Virus record (IMG/VR): IMGVR_UViG_3300028833_000003
Reading direction: 5' to 3' (one strand)
Length of the DNA stretch: 64,000 nucleotides
Origin: a virus
Shown here: positions 6,171 to 12,574 of the stretch, one piece after another
How the letters are laid out: each line of letters opens with the position of its first letter
How positions within the stretch are numbered: position 1 is the first letter of the stretch
Notes under the pieces: model-generated
Databases searched by the model: none
What the model was told of the DNA's origin: nothing
What the model saw: the letters and a program-made list of their open reading frames with translations, nothing else
Translations under genes and position numbers: made by a program

Positions 6171-6593
6171 ATGAGGAAAGTAATTAGTTTAATAATGGTG
6201 ATGCTTATGTTATTCTTGCCATTAACAAGTTAGGCATCTTGTGCATCCCCATCTGTCGAATCTTTGGTTTCATTTACACCTAAAATTAGCTGGCAATACG
6301 CCACAGAAGATAGTTTGTTTAGCAAATTTTATCCTGAGTGGGTAGATACATTCTTATTCAGGTCTGAGTGGAAAATTATAGACGCATTTGAAATTAGTCT
6401 GCAAGCACCGCATCGTCTTGTTACTATGTATTGGGCGGTAATGCCAGAGAATGTAAAAGATTTCGGTGTCTTGTTTGTGGGTAATAACCAGTTCATCTTG
6501 CGCTCTGCGTTTGTATATGATGAAACCCATCTTATGATTAATTTCACAAATGTATTACCTGGCGATTATCTTATGGTAATAGTTGCGCGATAA
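6171..6593 (+). CDS. Secreted protein with N-terminal signal peptide (one in-frame TAG at 6231)
   Basis: ATG lies 9 nt after AGGAGAGG. MRKVISLIMVMLMLFLPLTS-TAG-ASCASPS... It is in frame with track ORF 6264..6593 and ends in TAA. Confidence 0.6.
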
Positions 6594-6608
6594 TTTTCGC
6601 GCATAAAT

Positions 6609-6682
6609 GCGGCTATAGTATAGTGGTAATACGCGGCCTTGCCAAGGCTGAATCACGGGTTCAAATCCCGTTAGCCGCTCCA
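6609..6682 (+). tRNA. tRNA-Gly(GCC)
   Basis: Acceptor GCGGCTA/TAGCCGC, anticodon arm CGGCC-TTGCCAA-GGCTG, T arm ACGGG-TTCAAAT-CCCGT, U73, CCA encoded. Confidence 0.9.
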
Positions 6683-6686
6683 TTCA

Positions 6687-6719
6687 ATAGACCTGTTCAT
6701 ACAACAGGTCTATATTTTA
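6687..6719 (+). terminator. Strong hairpin followed by a T-run, inside the tRNA array
   Basis: ATAGACCTGTT-CATAC-AACAGGTCTAT, then ATTTTAT. Confidence 0.6.
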
Positions 6720-6720
6720 T

Positions 6721-6796
6721 GCGCGTGTAGCTCAGTCGGTAGAGCACGTGACTTTTAATCACGGCGTCGGGAGTTCGATCCTCCCCACGCGCACCA
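6721..6796 (+). tRNA. tRNA-Lys(TTT)
   Basis: Acceptor GCGCGTG/CACGCGC, anticodon arm CGTGA-CTTTTAA-TCACG, T arm GGGAG-TTCGATC-CTCCC, A73, CCA encoded. Confidence 0.9.
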
Positions 6797-6799
6797 TAT

Positions 6800-6874
6800 G
6801 GCTTGGTAGCTGAGACGGATTAGCAGCGGACTGAAAATCCGCATAGGTTGGATCGTTACCAACCCAAGCCACCA
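6800..6874 (+). tRNA. tRNA-Phe(GAA) with an unusual T loop (A54/U58)
   Basis: Acceptor GGCTTGG/CCAAGCC, anticodon arm GCGGA-CTGAAAA-TCCGC, T arm GTTGG-ATCGTTA-CCAAC, A73, CCA encoded. Confidence 0.85.
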
Positions 6875-6967
6875 GGGAGTCGGGAAGCTGTGTCATTAGT
6901 ATCACGTGCTACGGTGACAATGCAGTGAAACAATTGCGCATAATACCGAATAGAGACACTCCCACCA
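6875..6967 (+). ncRNA. Structured spacer RNA closed by an acceptor-like helix and ending in ACCA
   Basis: GGGAGT (6875-6880) pairs with ACTCCC (6958-6963), followed by ACCA (6964-6967). Internal hairpins are TGTCA...TGACA and GCAGT-GAAACA-ATTGC. No D or T arm consensus is present. Confidence 0.35.
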
Positions 6968-6995
6968 TTTTAAATAATCAATAGGAGGCCATTCT

Positions 6996-7205
6996 ATGAG
7001 TTTTAAAGACGCCTATAAAGCCATGCGTGAAGGTAAAGCTATTTCTAATACTGAGCATCCTGATGATCAGTGGGTTTGGAAGAATGACTAGATGATTTTC
7101 CAAAGTGGTGATGGCATTAGCTATCCGGTTAATGATATGCTATCTATTGAATATCTCCTCGATTAGATTGTACAAGATATTTGGTTTGTTGTAGAAGAAG
7201 AATAA
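6996..7205 (+). CDS. Small DUF2829-like protein (two in-frame TAGs: 7089, 7164)
   Basis: ATG lies 8 nt after AGGAGG. MSFKDAYKAMREGKAI...W...DIWFVV recalls the DUF2829 pattern (F..A...m..GK...W ... D.W). The family assignment is from memory only. Confidence 0.5.
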
Positions 7206-7217
7206 ACTTCTTCTTAT

Positions 7218-7292
7218 GTGGAGTGTCGTCTAATGGTAAGACAGCAGATTGTGGCTCTGCGAACGCAGGTTCGATTCCTGTCATTCCACCCA
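7218..7292 (+). tRNA. tRNA-His(GTG)
   Basis: G-1 opposite C73, acceptor TGGAGTG/CATTCCA, anticodon arm GCAGA-TTGTGGC-TCTGC, CCA encoded. Confidence 0.9.
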
Positions 7293-7365
7293 GCTAGCGG
7301 TGAGGGCAATTGACGAATGGGGCTAGCGGAATCCGCACGCGACGTCGGTAAAAAAGCTCCTATAT

Positions 7366-7440
7366 GCGCTGAACCCTCGTCGGTCGGGGAGAGGTCTGCA
7401 AAACCTCTGTTAGTGGGTTCAACTCCCACTCAGCGCTCCA
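7366..7440 (+). tRNA. tRNA-Cys(GCA)
   Basis: Acceptor GCGCTGA/TCAGCGC, anticodon arm GAGGT-CTGCAAA-ACCTC, T arm GTGGG-TTCAACT-CCCAC, U73, CCA encoded. Confidence 0.9.
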
Positions 7441-7456
7441 ATTAAAGAGGGGAGCG

Positions 7457-8140
7457 ATGCATATGTTATTAAGAAAAGGAATGCGTGGAGAATCGGTTCG
7501 ATAGTTACAAACACGTTTAACTGAATTAGGTTTCCTCAATAGTAAGATTGATGGAGTATTTGGTCCAGTAACTTAGAACGCAGTTATGAATTTTCAAATG
7601 CAAGCAAATTTAGGAGTTGATGGTATTGTTGGTCCAAAAACAGAAGCAGCATTAAATGATGTGAATGCGCCGCATTATGTTATACCAACTTCAACTGCGG
7701 TTCCTGCTACTGGCACTGCGCAAATGATGGATTGGTGGAAAAGTGATATTTCTAAAATCTTTGCGCGTGGTGTAGTGGCAACTATTACAGATGTAGATAC
7801 TGGCTTAGCTTGGCACGAAGTACGTAAAGGCGGCTCTAACCACGCTGACGTTCAACCATGTACTGCCGCAGATACTGCTGTATTGAAATAGGCTTATGGT
7901 GGAAAATGGTCATGGGCTAGACGCGCAATTTTTGTAACGATCAATGGTGTTAATTATGCCGCATCAATGAATGGGATGCCACACAGCGGACAATCTATTT
8001 TAGATAATAATTTCCCTGGACATCATTGTATCCACTTTACTAATAGCCGCACACATAATACAAATAAAGTGTGTCCAGACCATCGTAAAGCTATTGAAAA
8101 AGCAGCAAAAGCAAATTTAGGTGATAATTCGGTGGGTTAA
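7457..8140 (+). CDS. Peptidoglycan-binding (PG_binding_1-like) protein with an uncharacterised C-terminal domain (three in-frame TAGs: 7502, 7574, 7889)
   Basis: G..V.-TAG-LQ..L..LGF....DG.FG..T-TAG-.AV..FQ....L..DG.VG..T matches the PG_binding_1 repeat pattern. The frame is open from ATG 7457 to TAA 8138 only if TAG is sense. Confidence 0.75.
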
Positions 8141-8153
8141 TTAACCCACTTTA
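8132..8153 (+). terminator. Palindromic hairpin overlapping the stop codon
   Basis: GTGGGTTAA/TTAACCCAC followed by TTTAT. Confidence 0.45.
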
Positions 8154-8154
8154 T

Positions 8155-8229
8155 AGGGGAATGGTGTAATTGGCAGCATGTCGGTCTCCAAAACCGCTGG
8201 TCTAGGTTCGAGTCCTAGTTCCCCTGCCA
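8155..8229 (+). tRNA. tRNA-Trp(CCA)
   Basis: Acceptor AGGGGAA/TTCCCCT, anticodon loop CTCCAAA, T arm CTAGG-TTCGAGT-CCTAG, G73, CCA encoded. Confidence 0.9.
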
Positions 8230-8233
8230 TTAT

Positions 8234-8308
8234 GCGGGTATAGTTCAACGGATAGAATAACAGACTTCTAATCTGTACATCAGGGTTCAATTCCCTGTAC
8301 CCGTACCA
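8234..8308 (+). tRNA. tRNA-Arg(TCT)
   Basis: Acceptor GCGGGTA/TACCCGT, anticodon arm ACAGA-CTTCTAA-TCTGT, T arm CAGGG-TTCAATT-CCCTG, A73, CCA encoded. Confidence 0.9.
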
Positions 8309-8309
8309 G

Positions 8310-8338
8310 TTGATTTTTTTAAAAATTTTTGATATAAT
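8310..8338 (+). promoter_or_regulatory. Promoter cassette (TTGATT-N17-TGaTATAAT)
   Basis: -35 at 8310-8315 and -10 at 8333-8338. Class B leader ATATATGTAAGATAAAGAAAGG. Confidence 0.75.
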
Positions 8339-8375
8339 ATATATGTAAGATAAAGAAAGGAAGGGCAAACAGTAA

Positions 8376-8714
8376 ATGAAAATTACTCTGTTTGTGGATG
8401 ATGAACGCAGACCTCACAGAGAAGATGCGCATAGTTGGATACTTGTTAGAACTGGTAAGCTTGCAATTGATTTACTTGATGCTCTTCGTAAAATTAATTC
8501 TAAGAATGTTTTTGATATATATCTTGACCATGACCTTGGCTCTGGCATAAGCGGTTATGATGTAGCAAAATATATTGTAGATAACAATATCACAGAAGTG
8601 CAACATGTATATGTAATAAGTATGAATCCAGTTGGTGCGCAGAATATTTGTGATTTGCTTAATCATTACGGTTGGTCGGCAAAGCGAGTGGGGCTAGATG
8701 TTATTGGATTATAA
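8376..8714 (+). CDS. Receiver-like domain protein resembling the cyclic-phosphate-processing REC (cREC) domain of RNA-repair systems
   Basis: MKITLFVDDERRP...WILVRT...AIDLL......IYLDHDLG...SGYDVAKYIV......VYVISMNPVG..NI matches the remembered cREC pattern. No TAG. It runs directly into the suppressor tRNA. Confidence 0.55.
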   Translation: MKITLFVDDERRPHREDAHSWILVRTGKLAIDLLDALRKINSKNVFDIYLDHDLGSGISGYDVAKYIVDNNITEVQHVYVISMNPVGAQNICDLLNHYGWSAKRVGLDVIGL

Positions 8715-8807
8715 AGCCCCTTAGTTCAACGGTAGAACACCGGTCTCTAAAACCGTTATATCCCTCTGAAGGAGGTAGTCTGGGTTCGAATCCCAGAGGG
8801 GCCGCCA
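8715..8807 (+). tRNA. Amber-suppressor tRNA, anticodon CUA, with a long (23-nt) variable region
   Basis: Acceptor AGCCCCT/AGGGGCC (A1-C72 mismatch, then 6 bp), U8, D arm GTTC-AACGGTA-GAAC, anticodon stem CGGT/ACCG with loop CTCTAAA, variable region 8757-8779 with a CCTC/GAGG stem, T arm CTGGG-TTCGAAT-CCCAG, G73, CCA encoded. Confidence 0.8.
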
Positions 8808-8811
8808 ATCA

Positions 8812-8921
8812 TCGACACGTACAGCAAATATAAAGAGTAATCTTTATGTCATGGGTTCAACTCCCATCCTGCACACAGTGCATGTAGCTTAGTTGGTAGA
8901 GCGAAAGAATATAAGTGTCGA
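8812..8921 (+). ncRNA. Circularly permuted tRNA-like module (YrlA/Y-RNA-like candidate 2)
   Basis: Order of elements: closing helix TCGACAC (8812-8818) with GTGTCGA (8915-8921); hairpin ATAAAGA-GTAA-TCTTTAT; T arm ATGGG-TTCAACT-CCCAT (8851-8867); capped acceptor CCTGCAC (8868-8874), loop ACA, GTGCATG (8878-8884); TA; D arm GCTT-AGTTGGTA-GAGC (8887-8902). AAAGA (8904-8908) is complementary to TCTTT (8841-8845). Confidence 0.55.
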
Positions 8922-8932
8922 GTAAATTTTTA

Positions 8933-9025
8933 TAGACAGCATACTGCAATGAAATATTGGATAATATAACAGTTTTTATGCAACTATTATTAGAAGGTTC
9001 AAGTCCTTCGCTTATGCGCTGTCTA
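8933..9025 (+). ncRNA. Second structured module: bulged closing helix plus an orphan T arm
   Basis: TAGACAGCATA (8933-8943) pairs with TATGC-GC-GCTGTCTA (9013-9025) with a 2-nt bulge. T arm GAAGG-TTCAAGT-CCTTC lies at 8993-9009. There is an internal ATAATA/TATTAT hairpin. No D arm or anticodon arm is present. Confidence 0.4.
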
Positions 9026-9123
9026 GAATTTTATTAGGACATAATTAATCAACGCATTGTCCTTAAAATTGAATAAATATTAGGGTGTACATACCTAAAA
9101 TTTCCATGGAAAGGACGATGCTT

Positions 9124-9579
9124 ATGGCAGCTACAATTTTATTTACCAAGCCTGAAACTCAAGAGCTTGCTAATATATACCAAGAGTATGCGTTGCAAAA
9201 TGCTGAATTGGTAGCTAAGAAAGAACTTGCGTTGATTGGCATAGCCATTAACAATGCTGCGGCGAAAGGCGCCACTAGCATTAATTACAAGGCTTCAAAA
9301 GACTTTACTACTTTACAGGGTACTTATTATAATAAGGCTGTAGAGATTATGAACGCAGATTTCCAAAATGCTGGTTATTCTGCTGAAGCAACCACTGACC
9401 GCAATGGTTATGCAATTGCATTCTCTTTTGATTGGTCTGTAATTGATGGCGATGTTCCTGGTGGTAATACTAATCCATCTGCACCAGCAGCAGAGGAAAA
9501 TTGGGAAGAAATTCCTGATCCAGCCCCAGCAGACCCAGCAGAAGGAGAGCCAACCGAAACTCCAACAGATGGCGAGTAA
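9124..9579 (+). CDS. Hypothetical protein with a Pro/Glu/Ala-rich acidic tail
   Basis: Track ORF 9085..9579. In-frame ATGs lie at 9106, 9118 and 9124, and 9124 has the best spacing from GGAAAGGA. TAA stop. Confidence 0.55.
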   Translation: MAATILFTKPETQELANIYQEYALQNAELVAKKELALIGIAINNAAAKGATSINYKASKDFTTLQGTYYNKAVEIMNADFQNAGYSAEATTDRNGYAIAFSFDWSVIDGDVPGGNTNPSAPAAEENWEEIPDPAPADPAEGEPTETPTDGE

Positions 9580-9686
9580 TTGATTGATTAATGATAGGCT
9601 CCAACAGCAAGACAAGAAACACATTCATTTTTAACAAGAAAACGATAGGTGCTATAGGGAGCCTAGATTTTTATGAGGTATAAATA

Positions 9687-9839
9687 ATGATAACAGTAAG
9701 TTAGATTTTTGTTTTTCTTTTAATGTTTGATGCAGCCTGGGTATTCTATGGACTGCTACATAAAAAAAATATGTGGAAATGGATTTGTCTTTATTGGATA
9801 CTCCTCACATTAAAAAATGCAAGTGATCTAATTTTTTGA
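9687..9839 (+). CDS. Small single-pass membrane protein (one in-frame TAG at 9702)
   Basis: ATG lies 8 nt after GAGG. MITVS-TAG-IFVFLLMFDAAWVFYGLLHKKNMWKW... Ends in TGA at 9837. Confidence 0.35.
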
Positions 9840-9852
9840 GGAGATGAAAAAG

Positions 9853-10098
9853 ATGTATTCAAGAGCACACATTAGATGTAATGGCCCACAGGAAACTGCG
9901 CAATTAGTAAGTTTATTAAATACTGATGGTACAACCAATAAGTATATCTTAGAAACGGCAGATAGTGCTTATCGTGTAAATGCAAGAAGTTTCTTAGGTG
10001 CGGTATATTTTACTACTGAGCATGCTGATGATACTTGGTTAGTAAATACTGATAATGATGGTTGGTATCCTATTGGTATTGATAACTTCCGTATCTAA
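9853..10098 (+). CDS. Hypothetical protein (weak HPr-like resemblance, catalytic His absent)
   Basis: Track ORF 9844..10098. The second ATG (9853) lies 9 nt after GAGGAG. ...RVNARSFLGAVYF recalls the HPr ...KS.mg.m.L segment. Confidence 0.55.
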   Translation: MYSRAHIRCNGPQETAQLVSLLNTDGTTNKYILETADSAYRVNARSFLGAVYFTTEHADDTWLVNTDNDGWYPIGIDNFRI

Positions 10099-10121
10099 TT
10101 GGGACAAAATAGTCCCCATAA

Positions 10122-10198
10122 TGGGGTGTAGCCAAGTTGGCCAAGGCATGGGACTTTGACTCCCACATTCGCAGGTTCGAGTCCTGCCACCCCAGCCA
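10122..10198 (+). tRNA. tRNA-Gln(TTG)
   Basis: Acceptor TGGGGTG/CACCCCA (U1-A72), anticodon arm TGGGA-CTTTGAC-TCCCA, T arm GCAGG-TTCGAGT-CCTGC, G73, CCA encoded. Confidence 0.9.
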
Positions 10199-10202
10199 AT
10201 AT

Positions 10203-10277
10203 GCCGTCGTGGCTCAATGGTAGAGCAGCTGATTTGTAATCAGCAGGTTGTAGGTTCGACTCCTATCGGCGGCTCCA
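10203..10277 (+). tRNA. tRNA-Thr(TGT)
   Basis: Acceptor GCCGTCG/CGGCGGC, anticodon arm GCTGA-TTTGTAA-TCAGC, T arm GTAGG-TTCGACT-CCTAT, U73, CCA encoded. Confidence 0.85.
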
Positions 10278-10541
10278 AGAGAGCATACTCTTAACCAATG
10301 TCGATTGCAGGTGGTATCGTTAAATCCACCCCAGGCGGACCAGAGGATAATGCAGACGTGCAAAAATGCCCCAAACCCAGTGCGGTTTGTCAGTCGTCAC
10401 AATCGGGACAAGCTGGTCTAAAGATGGAAAGCCGGCTCATTACAGCAATGTTAGCCAGAGTAGTATAAAAGGCAAGTACAGCGCAGATGACAATGCGAAG
10501 ATTTCGGTTCGACTCCGAACTAAAAATCCATCTTGAAATAT
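10278..10541 (+). ncRNA. Candidate structured non-coding RNA (~260 nt) between tRNA-Thr and tRNA-Ser
   Basis: No ORF. Helices: AAGAG/CTCTT, GGTGG-TATCGTTAAAT-CCACC, GACCAG (10339-10344) with CTGGTC (10413-10418), TTGTC/GACAA, AGATGGA (10422-10428) with TCCATCT (10526-10532), and a T-arm-like TTCGG-TTCGACT-CCGAA. Confidence 0.4.
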
Positions 10542-10630
10542 GGGCGTGTGGCCGAGAGGCTGAAGGCTATGGTCCTGAAAACCATCGTGGTGATGAGCCA
10601 CCGTAGGTTCGAATCCTACCGCGCTCGCCA
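10542..10630 (+). tRNA. tRNA-Ser(TGA) with non-canonical C33
   Basis: Type II tRNA. Acceptor GGGCGTG/CGCGCTC, anticodon arm ATGGT-CCTGAAA-ACCAT (perfect stem; the loop has C at position 33), long variable arm, T arm GTAGG-TTCGAAT-CCTAC, G73, CCA encoded. Confidence 0.8.
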
Positions 10631-10634
10631 GTAT

Positions 10635-10667
10635 AAAGACTACAATAAGTAGTCTTTTATTTTTTTA
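10635..10667 (+). terminator. Rho-independent terminator ending the tRNA array
   Basis: AAAGACTAC-AATAA-GTAGTCTTT followed by TATTTTTTT. Confidence 0.8.
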
Positions 10668-10696
10668 CAAATATAATGACCGAGGAGGATTTTAAT

Positions 10697-11338
10697 ATGA
10701 AAGTTCAACATGCTGTTGGTAATGCTGCCGCAATTGCAGCACTTCCTGTTACCCCAGGTAAAATTTATTTTTCTAAAGACACCAAAAAGATTTTCTTTGA
10801 TACTGCTGATGGTCGTATTGAAATCAACAGTGATGTAGTCGCACAAGTAGCTAATTTACTTGCTGCAGTAAATGTTTTAAATGGCGATGCTAATGTAGCA
10901 GGCTCAGTTGCTAATGTTGCAAATGCCGCTGCCGCACGTAAGGTCGCTGAAATTGTTGGCGATGCTGATGAAAATTTAGATACTCTTGAAGAAATCGCTA
11001 CTTGGATTAGTTCTGATGAAGGCGGAAAAGCTGCTGCCGCATTAGCTAGTCGCGTAGAGACTGTTGAAAATACTTTACAGGGCATGAGTGATCATGGTTC
11101 TCGTATTAGTGGTTTAGAGTCCTCAATGCAATTAGTTGTTACTAATAGCCAGTTGGCTAATTATGCTTTAAAAACTGATTTGAATGATTTAGTAACAAAT
11201 ACCGCATTGACCACTGCTCTTGCTGATTATGTACAAAATGCAGCTTTAGCTACCTATGCTACCAAAGCTGCACTTGATGCTTTGGATACTCGTGTTACTG
11301 CTCTTGAAACCGCTAATGATGAAGGTGCTGGTGCTTAA
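10697..11338 (+). CDS. Ala-rich coiled-coil fibre-like protein
   Basis: ATG lies 7 nt after GAGGAGGA and is internal to track ORF 10676. Heptad-like Ala/Leu/Asn-rich repeats. TAA overlaps the next ATG (TAATG). Confidence 0.6.
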   Translation: MKVQHAVGNAAAIAALPVTPGKIYFSKDTKKIFFDTADGRIEINSDVVAQVANLLAAVNVLNGDANVAGSVANVANAAAARKVAEIVGDADENLDTLEEIATWISSDEGGKAAAALASRVETVENTLQGMSDHGSRISGLESSMQLVVTNSQLANYALKTDLNDLVTNTALTTALADYVQNAALATYATKAALDALDTRVTALETANDEGAGA

Positions 11339-12480
11339 TGGAACCAGTTGCAGGTGTTATTACAGCTTCAGGTTGGAGTTTTGGTTTTAATCGTTATTAT
11401 ATGGAAAGTAATCAAGCACCTATAATTAGCGGATATAGTAGGCGTTGTAAAAGTTCTTCAACTGGTAATGGAAAAGCATATTTTTCTAATATCCCCGCCA
11501 ATTATCATCCAATTAGTTTGGTTTTAAGTGTAGGTAGTTGGAGTACAAGTTAGAATACGCCTAGTGCTGGTATGGCATATGTTTTGTATGATTATGATAC
11601 ACCATCACATTATGTTGTACTTTGGACTGGAGTGGCTTCAAGCGCATGGTCAGAGATTGTTAATTCTATCTGCGCGAATTGGAACCAAGATGGTACTTAT
11701 TACGACGGAGATTATCTATATATTAATGATATGCGTATTTGGAATACTTTAGCTGGTGCTTCAACAATTATTTTGCATGTTTATACTACCGCATCAAAAA
11801 CTGAATATTCAACTCATATTCATTAGACATATGGCTCAAATGTCGGTATGTTGTATTATGCTAAAGATAATAAAGCACCAATTAACTGTTAGATTAAATG
11901 GCCTGCAGCAAATAATCGTTCTACATATAATACAACGCCATATTTTAAAGCAGTCGCTACTGATGAAGATGGCGATTAGATTCAATATAAATTTGAAACA
12001 TACCAATACAATAATGGTGGAACTCCGACATTAATTCAAGAATCAACAACTACTCCAGCCAATAGCGGCACAGAGGTAGTATGGCATGCGACAACAGCAT
12101 GTACAGGAGATGCTTAGAATAAATATATTATAAAAGTTACACCTATTGATACTAATGATGTAGCTGGTGCTTCAGTACAATATGTATTTATTGAAGAAAG
12201 CCCTCCTGTTGTACCAATTGGTTTAATTACACTTGTGAATTTAGAAACATATCGTAATTATACTAATACAATGTATAATTGGTATGGCATGACTTTGCCG
12301 ACTTGGACTACAAAAGCAATTGGAGATCCGATTTTACACAGCGATGTTGCAGAGTTAAAAACTAAAATAGAAGGTTTGCCAAATACTGCTAGTGGTGCTG
12401 TTTCATTAGCTTCACAATATACGACAATTCGTACAAATACATCATTAAATAATATGAAAACTGCATTAACACGTGCATAA
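11338..12480 (+). CDS. Hypothetical protein, probably virion-associated (five in-frame TAGs: 11551, 11824, 11890, 11977, 12115)
   Basis: Track ORFs 11338, 11572 and 12235 share one frame. Only TAG separates them. TAA at 12478 is followed by a strong terminator. Confidence 0.6.
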
Positions 12481-12481
12481 A

Positions 12482-12515
12482 TTAAGCCCCTCATTTGAGG
12501 GGCTTAATTTTTTTT
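12482..12515 (+). terminator. Rho-independent terminator
   Basis: TTAAGCCCCTCA-TT-TGAGGGGCTTAA followed by T8. Confidence 0.9.
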
Positions 12516-12542
12516 GCCTTTTTTATTTTTTTATGTTATAAT
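12514..12542 (+). promoter_or_regulatory. Promoter (TTGCCT-N17-TGtTATAAT)
   Basis: -10 at 12537-12542 with a TG extension. The -35 is weaker than in the other cassettes. Confidence 0.55.
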
Positions 12543-12574
12543 ATAAATGAAAAATAAAAAGGAGGTTAATTTAT

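Noticed and set aside
6231-6233. TAG might encode Leu (lipobox L-A-S-C; PhoH GFLPGD-L; RuvC A-L-KLGQ) or Ser (long variable arm plus G73 on the suppressor).
   Set aside because: The more diagnostic sites favour Gln: the NCS2 QH motif, RuvC QVQ(Q/H)MV and the polar surface positions in PG_binding_1. The 6231 site also works as a signal-peptidase-I A-x-A-type site. Leu and Ser are not fully excluded; see the findings.
8878-9018. An intron-containing tRNA: the 5' half at 8878-8908 joined to the T arm at 8993-9009.
   Set aside because: The 3' strand after that T arm (GCTTATG) is not complementary to the 5' acceptor GTGCATG, and no matching anticodon-stem 3' strand lies before it.
10278-10541. 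A tmRNA or a minimal RNase P RNA.
   Set aside because: There is no GGGG 5' acceptor strand or ACCA 3' end adjoining the T arm, and no plausible tag ORF ending in a hydrophobic ...AA. Only one loose CR-I-like string was seen, and no CR-IV or CR-V equivalents. The region is kept as an unclassified structured RNA.
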